NCBI GenBank assembly: GCA_027013185.1
Contig: JALUXS010000042.1
Coordinates: 1-48,809 of the forward strand
Origin: Sulfurimonas sp.
GTDB taxonomy: Bacteria; Campylobacterota; Campylobacteria; Campylobacterales; Sulfurimonadaceae
Direction: 5' to 3'
Length of the DNA: 48,809 nucleotides
The position numbers and the translations under genes were made by a program. Positions 21,431-29,149 of this stretch are shown one piece after another. Position 1 is the first letter of the stretch; every line of letters starts with the position of its first letter. Below the pieces are notes generated by a model. That model worked only from the letters and a program-made list of their open reading frames with translations. It was not told where the DNA came from and ran no database searches.

Positions 21431-21751
21431 TTACGCTAAAAGAGCGTCAATTTTTTCTGCAAGAGCTTGCTTAGATTGAGCTCCAACAATTTGATCTACC
21501 ATCTCACCATTTTTGAAAAACATGATAGTTGGAATTGAACGAATACCAAATTTTACTGCGATATCTTGCTCTTCATCTGTGTTTACTTTACAGATTTTAG
21601 CTTTTCCATCATAATCTTCTGCAAGTTCTTCAACTACAGGTGCAATCATACGACAAGGTCCACACCATGGAGCCCAAAAGTCTACAAGAGATACACCTTC
21701 AGCTAAAGTTGCTTCAAAATTTGCACCAGTTAATTCTATATATTTACCCAT
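21431..21751 (-). CDS. trxA: Thioredoxin
   Basis: WAPWCGPC motif. True start MGKYIEL at 21751 with AAGGA SD. Confidence 0.98.
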   Translation of the reverse strand: MGKYIELTGANFEATLAEGVSLVDFWAPWCGPCRMIAPVVEELAEDYDGKAKICKVNTDEEQDIAVKFGIRSIPTIMFFKNGEMVDQIVGAQSKQALAEKIDALLA

Positions 21752-21889
21752 TAGTAAATCCTTTTTATTGTTTGTTATGCAAGTATTATACAAGTGCAAT
21801 CATTAATTAAAACTTTAAATTTATTTATAGCTATAATTTGTATAATTAGCACAAATTTATCATGCCTATTTACACAAAGGATATCAACT

Positions 21890-22333
21890 ATGAAACTAAA
21901 AATAAGTGAAGGTCAGATTGATGTCCGACCTCCAGTAGCGAAGCCGCACCCCGGTTTTTATAATGAAGTAGGTGAAGAGAGGTTTAGAAAACTGGTGTTT
22001 GATCATTATGAGTCCATAAAAACGAGTGAAATTGCATTTTTATTTCCGATTTTTGATGATGACGATTTTGCCGAGGCACAAAAGCATGCGGCAGATTTTC
22101 TTATAGAAATTTCAGGAGGTCCTGATTATTTTACCCAAACTAGAGGCGAGCATCAAATGGTTGGACGGCATGCTCCTTTTCGTATAGATGAAAAAGCGAG
22201 AAAAGCATGGCTTGAACTTTATATTCCTCTTCTAAATGAATTAGAAAAGGAAAAAATTACGCCTGAGTATATAGAATCGTTTTGGAATTACTTAAATTTG
22301 TTTTCCATGTGGCTCGTTAACACAAAGAGTTAA
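21890..22333 (+). CDS. Truncated (2/2) hemoglobin, group II-like
   Basis: F..LV..HY, FL.EISGGP.YF, RHAPFRI and RKAWL motifs. ATG at 21890 with AAGGA SD. Confidence 0.85.
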   Translation: MKLKISEGQIDVRPPVAKPHPGFYNEVGEERFRKLVFDHYESIKTSEIAFLFPIFDDDDFAEAQKHAADFLIEISGGPDYFTQTRGEHQMVGRHAPFRIDEKARKAWLELYIPLLNELEKEKITPEYIESFWNYLNLFSMWLVNTKS

Positions 22334-23109
22334 AATTTTAAGAATTTTTTTTCTCTGTTGATGAAGTAAACACACTCTGTGTAGCCGACATCTTTTGCAA
22401 GTTGTTTCACCTTGGAATCAAACATACAAATTTGCTCAGGAGTATGGGCATCTGAACTAAATGTTATAGGAATACCCAGTTTGTAGGCTGCTTGTAAAAG
22501 TTCTTTTGACGGGTAAGCTTCACCAATCGGTTTTCTATATCCGGCGGCGTTTATTTCCAAGACCATATTGGCATTTTTAATCGCTAAGAGTGCATTTTTG
22601 GCTATCTCTGTTATGCTTTTAGTAGGCATAAATTTAAATACTTTAATCAAGTCTAAATGCCCGACAATATCAAAGAGTTTTGTTTTTGCCATATTTTCAA
22701 TTGTATCAAAATATTTTTGCCATATTTCATTAATATCTGCATTTTCATATTCTCCGATAAATTCCGGATTATCAAAGCCCCATTCATCTATAAAATGTAC
22801 CGAACCTATAAGGTAATCAACATGAGCATGTAACACTCGTTCATCCATATGTCCTTCAAGATAATCGACTTCGTAACCCAGCAAAATAGTAATGTCATGT
22901 TGGTACTTTTTCTTTACATGTAGAATATCTGTTTCATACTGCGGCATATCTTCAAAAGTCATTCGGTATTTTGGATCAAAATCCATAGGTGCATGGTCAG
23001 AAAAACCAAATATTTTTACACCTTTGCTTATGGCACGTTGTATATACTCATCCATACTTCCCTCAGCATGGTTACATAGTGGGGTGTGGTTATGCATATC
23101 TACTATCAT
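22330..23109 (-). CDS. hisK: Histidinol-phosphatase, PHP family (HisJ/HisK)
   Basis: DMHNHTPLCNHA, SDHAP, IGSVH, GHLDLIK and SDAH motifs. Confidence 0.9.
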   Translation of the reverse strand: MIVDMHNHTPLCNHAEGSMDEYIQRAISKGVKIFGFSDHAPMDFDPKYRMTFEDMPQYETDILHVKKKYQHDITILLGYEVDYLEGHMDERVLHAHVDYLIGSVHFIDEWGFDNPEFIGEYENADINEIWQKYFDTIENMAKTKLFDIVGHLDLIKVFKFMPTKSITEIAKNALLAIKNANMVLEINAAGYRKPIGEAYPSKELLQAAYKLGIPITFSSDAHTPEQICMFDSKVKQLAKDVGYTECVYFINREKKFLKF

Positions 23110-23134
23110 ATTTTTTCCCGTATTGTATATTTTA

Positions 23135-23143
23135 TGCTATTAT
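23135..23143 (+). promoter_or_regulatory. Putative extended -10 (TGCTATTAT) for the cheZ operon
   Basis: Near-consensus, about 40 nt upstream of the ATG; GGAG SD. Confidence 0.4.
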
Positions 23144-23182
23144 AGTGTTAATTAATAAATTATTCAATTATGGAGAGTATTT

Positions 23183-23881
23183 ATGACTCAAGAAGAACTT
23201 GATGCTTTAATGAATGGCGGCATGGATATGGATGATATGGCTGAAGAAGAAGAGAGCAAAAGCGATGATGCAGAGCTTGAACAAGAAGATATTGCACAAA
23301 TATCACAAGAGCAAGAAGACCCAATAGCAGCTGGTGTAGAAGCTTCTGAACTGCCTTTTCCCGCAACAAATGAAAATAAAATGGTGCATCAGCTTGATGA
23401 TGTAACTAAAGAGAGCGAAGAAAAAGCAAGTGAAATCTTTGATATTATTGAGAATATCAGCAATGATATGATGGACAAAGAAGAAACCCTAAACAGTGTG
23501 AAAGAGGTTTTAAACTCAAATATAGAACTTTTTACCACTCTATGTGAGAAATTCCCAGATGTAGAAACATTTAAAACGCAGTTAGAAAAAAATGAAACAG
23601 CTTTCAATGATGTTAATAATACCATTGAAATATTACAAAACAGTGGTGATTCTATAATGAGCGTGATGGATATAATGCAATATCAAGATATTCACAGACA
23701 AAAAATCGAGCGTGTTATCAATGTAATGCGAGCGCTTTCTAAGTATATGAACACACTTTTTGAAGGAAAAATAGATGATGACAAACGTGTCGCTTCTGCA
23801 ACGCATATTGAGGGTGATACACATAATGATTTAGCTTCTACTGATGATATAGAGGCTCTTTTAGAACAGTTTGGAAAATAA
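23183..23881 (+). CDS. cheZ: Epsilon-type chemotaxis phosphatase CheZ (HP0170/Cj0700-like)
   Basis: MTQEELDALM N-terminus, MQYQDIHRQKIERV catalytic motif, DDIEALLEQFG tail. Confidence 0.88.
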   Translation: MTQEELDALMNGGMDMDDMAEEEESKSDDAELEQEDIAQISQEQEDPIAAGVEASELPFPATNENKMVHQLDDVTKESEEKASEIFDIIENISNDMMDKEETLNSVKEVLNSNIELFTTLCEKFPDVETFKTQLEKNETAFNDVNNTIEILQNSGDSIMSVMDIMQYQDIHRQKIERVINVMRALSKYMNTLFEGKIDDDKRVASATHIEGDTHNDLASTDDIEALLEQFGK

Positions 23882-25179
23882 TGAAAAATAAAAAAGTAGA
23901 ACTACTTTCACCTGCTGGAACCTTAGAAAAATTAAAAATTGCACTTGATTTTGGTGCGGATGCCGTATATGGTGGAGTGAGTCATTTCTCTTTGCGTATT
24001 CGCTCAGGTAAAGAGTTCAGTTTTGAAGATTTTGCAGAGGGCATAAAATATGCTCATGAAAGAGGCAAAAAAGTGTATGCGACTATTAATGGATTTCCTT
24101 TTAACTCTCAATTGAATCTTTTGAAAAAACATATTGTAAAAATGGGTGAACTCAAACCTGATGCTTTCATAGTAGCAACACCGGGTGTTTTAAAACTTTG
24201 CCATGATTTGGTGCCAGATATGCCACTGCACCTCTCAACACAGGCAAATGTTATGAATGTGCTTGATGCACAGATTTATCATGATATGGGAGCGACACGT
24301 ATTATAACGGCACGCGAGATTTCTTTGCGTGATTTAAAAGAGATAAAAGAGGCTCTGCCTGACTTGGAACTTGAAGTCTTTGTGCATGGTTCTATGTGTT
24401 TTGCATATAGTGGGCGTTGTTTGATTTCAACACTACAAAGTGGACGTGTTCCAAATCGCGGAAGTTGTGCAAATGATTGTCGATTTCCATATGAAATGTA
24501 TGCGGCAAATCCTGAAACAGGGACACTTTTTAAGCTTGAAGAAGATGAAGGTGTCGGAACATACATTATGAATTCAAAAGATTTAAATTTGGCTTCGCAC
24601 ATTAAAGAGATTTTAGACAGTGGTGCGGTTGATTCTATAAAAATAGAAGGGCGTACAAAAACAGCTTATTATGCAGCAACTACGGCAAAAGCGTATAGAA
24701 TGGCGATAGATGATTATTATGCCGATGAACTTGACACCGAGCGTTATCAGTATGAATTGCAATCTTTACAAAATCGCGGTTATACGGATGCATATCTTGT
24801 TTCACGTCCTTTTGAAAAGCATGATACACAAAGTTTGGATTTTACAATGCAACTTGGAACGCATCAAGTTAGCGGTGTTGTTAATGCTGAGGGAACACAT
24901 TTTTTATGTAAGTATAAAACACTGCCCGGCGATGAAATGGAAGTGGTTTTTCCCTTGGGAAGTGAAGTTGCCATAGTCGATAATGAAATAGGCTCGACAT
25001 ATGAAAAAGACGGAAAGTTTTTTATGAAACTCAAGCAGCTTAAAGCACAAAACGGAAAAATTTGGGAAGAAGTACACAGCGGAAATACTAATCCCATAGA
25101 ACTTCCGACAAAATTTCCATCCTATACTTTTTTTAGAATACCTGCAAATGCGGATATGAATACTGCACCTAAAAAATAA
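23881..25179 (+). CDS. Peptidase U32 family Fe-S protein (TrhP-like tRNA hydroxylation)
   Basis: ELLSPAG, HLSTQAN, HGSMCFAYSGRC..CANDC and KIEGR motifs. Confidence 0.92.
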   Translation: MKNKKVELLSPAGTLEKLKIALDFGADAVYGGVSHFSLRIRSGKEFSFEDFAEGIKYAHERGKKVYATINGFPFNSQLNLLKKHIVKMGELKPDAFIVATPGVLKLCHDLVPDMPLHLSTQANVMNVLDAQIYHDMGATRIITAREISLRDLKEIKEALPDLELEVFVHGSMCFAYSGRCLISTLQSGRVPNRGSCANDCRFPYEMYAANPETGTLFKLEEDEGVGTYIMNSKDLNLASHIKEILDSGAVDSIKIEGRTKTAYYAATTAKAYRMAIDDYYADELDTERYQYELQSLQNRGYTDAYLVSRPFEKHDTQSLDFTMQLGTHQVSGVVNAEGTHFLCKYKTLPGDEMEVVFPLGSEVAIVDNEIGSTYEKDGKFFMKLKQLKAQNGKIWEEVHSGNTNPIELPTKFPSYTFFRIPANADMNTAPKK

Positions 25180-25216
25180 TGTATAATTTTAAGAAAAAAA
25201 ATAAGGGGTAAATAAA

Positions 25217-25714
25217 ATGAAATTTGTATCGATAATAATAGGTTCTAAAAGTGATTATGAAGTGATGAAGTCATGCTCTGACACACTGGAGTCTTTTGGT
25301 GTAAGTTATGAGATGATTATATCTTCTGCACATAGAAGTCCGGAAAGAACAAAAGAGTATATTGTCGAGGCAGAGAAAAAAGGGGCACAGGTTTTTATAG
25401 CCGCTGCTGGAATGGCTGCACATTTAGCAGGTGTTTTAAGCTCAAAAACGATTAAACCTATTATTGGTGTGCCTATGTCTGCTTCAGCGTTGAGTGGAAT
25501 TGATGCACTACTCTCAACTGTTCAAATGCCGGCTGGTATGCCTGTTGCTACTGTGGCTATAGGTAAAGCGGGTGCTATTAATTCTGCATATTTATCTATG
25601 CAGATTCTTGCTTTAGATAATGAAGAATTAACAGTAAAACTCAAAGAAGACCGTATTGCAAAAGCAAAAAAAGTTGAAATGGATTCTTTAGAGATAGAAA
25701 CGATTATAAAATAG
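25217..25714 (+). CDS. purE: N5-carboxyaminoimidazole ribonucleotide mutase
   Basis: GSKSD, SAHRSP, AGMAAHL and VQMPAGMPVATV motifs. Confidence 0.98.
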   Translation: MKFVSIIIGSKSDYEVMKSCSDTLESFGVSYEMIISSAHRSPERTKEYIVEAEKKGAQVFIAAAGMAAHLAGVLSSKTIKPIIGVPMSASALSGIDALLSTVQMPAGMPVATVAIGKAGAINSAYLSMQILALDNEELTVKLKEDRIAKAKKVEMDSLEIETIIK

Positions 25715-25738
25715 TTTATAAAGGCAAGGGAGTAGGTA

Positions 25739-26215
25739 ATGAAGTGGATGAGTGATGCAGAATACAGCGAATTAACCGGATTAGATATATCTTCAATTGA
25801 AGATTTGATTCAAAGAGGAAAGCTTACTGTGAAAACAGAAGCAGGCATTCGCTATATTGACCCTTCTAAAGGGGCAACGGAAACCATAGTTCCTGCAAAA
25901 CTTCAAGAACTATCACAAAAAAATACGCAAGAAATGCTTGTTCAGCCTGAGTTTGTAGAAAAAACAATCGGGACTATTATCAATTTGCATGAAAAAGTTT
26001 TAGATGCAAAAGATGAAACCCTAGAAGCAGTTCGAGTTGAAAATGAGTTTTTGCGTGAGGCACTTGCTTCTTTGCAAGAACTCTATGATGAGGACAGAAA
26101 AACAATCCATACCCTTCAAGAACAGTTAAAACTTTCTCAACAGGAAGTTGAATTTATGCGTCGCAAATATAAGCTGATGTGGAATAAAGCGATAGATGAG
26201 CATACAGATAAATAA
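25739..26215 (+). CDS. DUF3972-like protein (HTH-like N-terminus plus coiled coil; Cj0703-like)
   Basis: FVEKTIGTIINLHEKVLDAKDETL motif; between purE and glyQ as in Campylobacter. Confidence 0.8.
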   Translation: MKWMSDAEYSELTGLDISSIEDLIQRGKLTVKTEAGIRYIDPSKGATETIVPAKLQELSQKNTQEMLVQPEFVEKTIGTIINLHEKVLDAKDETLEAVRVENEFLREALASLQELYDEDRKTIHTLQEQLKLSQQEVEFMRRKYKLMWNKAIDEHTDK

Positions 26216-27072
26216 TGACAATTGCCGATGAATGCGTCGCTTGCATTATAAACCAAAGTGCAAAAGTTGCTGATGCCATTGGTGCAAATGAGACATTAAA
26301 AAATAATCTTATATCAACTGTAGAGGAGATGAGTAAAACATTTTCATTTTCTAATACCCCTCCTGAAATTGCTGCAGATGTCTATGAAAAAATGTCTCAA
26401 ATTGCGAAAAAACAAGATTTGTATGATGAGGTAAAAGCACTCTCAACACAAAAAGCACGTTCTTTTATCCCTTTTTTAGAAGAAAAACTTCTTACATGTA
26501 AAGATAAACTGCTGACTGCTACAAAAATTGCCGTTGCTGGGAATGTTATAGATTTAGCGGCTCAAATTGAGTTTGATTTGGAAGAAGAACTTGAAAAAAT
26601 ATTTCATATGCCATTTGCATATAATGATATATCACATTTAGAAATAAGCTTGTCTAAAGCAAATAATGCTATTATTCTCGGTGATAATACGGGAGAACAT
26701 GTTTTAGATTACTTATTTATTCAAACATTGCAAGAGCTTTATCCTCATATTGCGTTTACATATATGGTTCGTGGCTGTCCTATTATAAATGACGTAACAA
26801 TGAACGAAGCAAAAGATGCCGGTTTTGATAAACTTTGTAATTTAGTTGACAGCGGTGTCAATACACCGGGGTTTACCTATAAGCGTGCTACGAAAGAAGC
26901 ACAAAAACTTTTTGATGAAGCAGATTTAATCATTAGTAAAGGGATGGGAAATTATGAATGTCTCAGCCCAAGCCACCGAAAAAACATCTGCTTTTTACTC
27001 AAAGTAAAATGTAATGTCGTTGCCGCCTCTTTGGGAAAAGAAGTTGGTGATATTATTTGTAAACTAATATAA
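26215..27072 (+). CDS. DUF89/ARMT1 damage-control phosphatase
   Basis: ECVAC, GNVID, DNTGE, PIIND, KGMGNYE and LLKVKC motifs. Confidence 0.93.
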   Translation: MTIADECVACIINQSAKVADAIGANETLKNNLISTVEEMSKTFSFSNTPPEIAADVYEKMSQIAKKQDLYDEVKALSTQKARSFIPFLEEKLLTCKDKLLTATKIAVAGNVIDLAAQIEFDLEEELEKIFHMPFAYNDISHLEISLSKANNAIILGDNTGEHVLDYLFIQTLQELYPHIAFTYMVRGCPIINDVTMNEAKDAGFDKLCNLVDSGVNTPGFTYKRATKEAQKLFDEADLIISKGMGNYECLSPSHRKNICFLLKVKCNVVAASLGKEVGDIICKLI

Positions 27073-27081
27073 GGGATAAAA

Positions 27082-27867
27082 ATGGTAAAAAAAATAACGC
27101 TAATTGCACTATTTACAAGCTCACTGCTTTTTGCAAAAGCAAGCGGAGAGTATTCGGTAAATTATGTCGGAATGAGTATGGATTATAAAGAGTATAAAGA
27201 TGGAACTCTTTTAGACAGTGAATCCTCAGGTTATTCTGACTTAACAGGAGCTGAATTTAAATACAAATACAATATGGAGGGTGAAACTGCATCAGATTCA
27301 AATGCCATTTCCTTAACTATAATGGCACTTGACGGTGATACAAATTATGTTGGTTCATACATTGGCTCAAGTCAAGGGTATGGAAGTTTAACAGGTACAA
27401 CATCAAATAAAATTTATGATTTTGATTTGGACTTCGCACATATATATCAACAGTCGCAACATTACAAAATTATTGTATCTTTAGGATTAGGATACAGATT
27501 TTGGCGAAGAGAACTTTCAGCGCAGCAAGTTGAAGATTATAAATGGTATTCACTTCGTCCAAGTCTTGCATTTTCTTATAACTATAAAAGCTTTAGTATC
27601 AGCCCTGAATTTGAGTATCAATATGGGCTTAGACCAAGAATGAAAGCTTCAGGTGTCTTAGCTGAAGAGTTTAAGCTTGGTGGGGCAAATATTATGCAAT
27701 TTACTTTGCCTGTAGAGTATGCATTTAATCAAAAATTTTCTTTGTATGGTGCGTATACATATCAGTATCAAAAAATTAGAGAATCCAATGTTGTTTCTGG
27801 ATTTTTGGAACCAGAAAGTAAGGCATATAATGAGTACATAAAATTTGGACTAATCTTTAAATACTAA
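27082..27867 (+). CDS. Outer-membrane beta-barrel protein, function unknown
   Basis: Signal peptide, Tyr/Gly-rich amphipathic strands, C-terminal aromatic beta-signal (KFGLIFKY). Confidence 0.75.
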   Translation: MVKKITLIALFTSSLLFAKASGEYSVNYVGMSMDYKEYKDGTLLDSESSGYSDLTGAEFKYKYNMEGETASDSNAISLTIMALDGDTNYVGSYIGSSQGYGSLTGTTSNKIYDFDLDFAHIYQQSQHYKIIVSLGLGYRFWRRELSAQQVEDYKWYSLRPSLAFSYNYKSFSISPEFEYQYGLRPRMKASGVLAEEFKLGGANIMQFTLPVEYAFNQKFSLYGAYTYQYQKIRESNVVSGFLEPESKAYNEYIKFGLIFKY

Positions 27868-27913
27868 AAAAGTCTCTTTCGCTATAATTACAAAAATAAA
27901 ATGAAGGCAGCAG

Positions 27914-28798
27914 ATGATTACTTTTAGCGAAATGTTACTCAAATTACAAGAATTTTGGATGAAACAGGGGTGTAATGTTTTACAGCCTTATGATATTCCT
28001 GCCGGAGCGGGAACTTTTCATCCTGCTACATTTTTACGTTCACTCGACTCTACACCATGGGCAACAGCTTATGTGGCTCCTTCTCGCCGTCCTACAGATG
28101 GGCGTTATGGAGAGAATCCTAACAGACTTGGCTCTTACTATCAATTTCAGGCACTTATAAAGCCATCACCCGATAATATTCAAGAATTATATTTAGAATC
28201 ATTGGAGTATTTGGGGCTTGATGTGTCAAAACATGATATCCGTTTTATAGAAGACAACTGGGAGTCTCCAACACTTGGTGCATGGGGACTTGGTTGGGAA
28301 GTATGGTTAAATGGTATGGAAGTAACACAGTTTACATACTTTCAACAAGTCGGAGGTATTGAGTGTGCACCTGTAGCGGTTGAAATTACTTATGGAACAG
28401 AGCGACTAGCAATGTATCTTCAAGGTGTTGACACTGTTTTTGATATTGTTTGGAATGTTGACAAAGATGGCAATAAAACACTTTACAAAGATGTTCATAA
28501 AGAGAGTGAAATAGAATTTTCAAAGTATAATTTTGAAGTGGCAGATACCGATATGTTTTTTGCCGATTTTGCCGCAAAAAGTGATGAGTGTCTACGAACA
28601 CTTGAAGCAGGACTTCCTTTGCCTGCGTATGATTTATGTATGCTGGCGTCAAATACTTTTAACGTTCTTGATGCAAGAAAAGCAATTTCTCAGACTGAGA
28701 GACAAAACTACATCTTAAAAATTCGTGAACTCTCACGTGGGTGTGCAGAGCTTTACAAATCACAAGAAGAAGAGAGAAATAAAAGAGTACATGCCTAG
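27914..28798 (+). CDS. glyQ: Glycine-tRNA ligase alpha subunit
   Basis: [25 protein letters not shown] and [12 protein letters not shown] motifs. Confidence 0.99.
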   Translation: MITFSEMLLKLQEFWMKQGCNVLQPYDIPAGAGTFHPATFLRSLDSTPWATAYVAPSRRPTDGRYGENPNRLGSYYQFQALIKPSPDNIQELYLESLEYLGLDVSKHDIRFIEDNWESPTLGAWGLGWEVWLNGMEVTQFTYFQQVGGIECAPVAVEITYGTERLAMYLQGVDTVFDIVWNVDKDGNKTLYKDVHKESEIEFSKYNFEVADTDMFFADFAAKSDECLRTLEAGLPLPAYDLCMLASNTFNVLDARKAISQTERQNYILKIRELSRGCAELYKSQEEERNKRVHA

Positions 28799-28845
28799 TT
28801 TTATTTCAATTTGCCATATTTTTTAAATGTTTTTTGATTTTTCTT

Positions 28846-28851
28846 TATAAT
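28846..28851 (+). promoter_or_regulatory. -10 box TATAAT for the small-ORF transcript
   Basis: Perfect TATAAT in a T-rich periodic context, 7 nt before a 9-bp hairpin that would form the transcript 5' end. Confidence 0.6.
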
Positions 28852-28858
28852 GGTGTGT

Positions 28859-28880
28859 TCCTACCGAATAATCGGTAGGA
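28859..28880. other. Perfect 9-bp stem-loop TCCTACCGA-ATAA-TCGGTAGGA
   Basis: Direct inspection; GC-rich stem in an AT-rich gap. Confidence 0.8.
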
Positions 28881-28905
28881 CAAATCTACTTTTTGGAGGT
28901 CTAAG

Positions 28906-28983
28906 ATGAAACATCTTGACACTCTCCTGAAAGTATTAACTATCACTTACATGATAATTAAGATTTTTCAGGCAGTAAATTAG
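28906..28983 (+). CDS. 25-aa hydrophobic/amphipathic peptide MKHLDTLLKVLTITYMIIKIFQAVN (candidate type I toxin)
   Basis: Strong SD GGAGGT 5 nt upstream. Start codon lies within a hairpin; stop lies within the downstream stem. Below the ORF-track size cutoff. Confidence 0.65.
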   Translation: MKHLDTLLKVLTITYMIIKIFQAVN

Positions 28984-29003
28984 AGGGTGGTACCCCTCTA
29001 ATT
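28978..29003. terminator. 10-bp stem-loop AATTAGAGGG-TGGTAC-CCCTCTAATT (terminator-like/structural)
   Basis: Perfect inverted repeat overlapping the small-ORF stop; only a weak U-tail. Confidence 0.55.
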
Positions 29004-29014
29004 CCTTAAAGTAG

Positions 29015-29023
29015 ATTATATCA
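29015..29023 (-). promoter_or_regulatory. Perfect extended -10 TGATATAAT pointing antisense into the 25-aa ORF
   Basis: Plus-strand ATTATATCA; no minus-strand CDS downstream for it to serve. Confidence 0.6.
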
Positions 29024-29037
29024 TAAAAAGGGAAATC

Positions 29038-29145
29038 ATGAGAAATTTAGAAGATATACTCCTGACACTTATTATAGTTACGATGGTTTTTATGATAAGT
29101 AATTTATATAAAAGAGTCAAAAAACTCGAAGATAAAACAAAGTAA
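29038..29145 (+). CDS. 35-aa single-TM peptide MRNLEDILLTLIIVTMVFMISNLYKRVKKLEDKTK
   Basis: AAAGGGA SD; hydrophobic core plus basic tail; stop 4 nt before the recG ATG. Confidence 0.65.
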   Translation: MRNLEDILLTLIIVTMVFMISNLYKRVKKLEDKTK

Positions 29146-29149
29146 GTTT

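Larger units (their letters stand above)
28855..29008 (-). ncRNA. Predicted cis-antisense RNA (candidate antitoxin), about 130-150 nt
   Basis: Inferred from the antisense extended -10 and flanking hairpins; ends approximate. Confidence 0.4.

Noticed and set aside
21752-21889. N-terminal extensions of trxA (from 21799) and the globin (from 21794)
   Set aside because: They would overlap head to head; the downstream ATGs have proper AAGGA SDs.
28859-29003. Hairpins as CRISPR repeats, tRNA or IS ends
   Set aside because: The two stems differ in sequence; there is no repeat-spacer periodicity, cloverleaf, transposase or evident target duplication.
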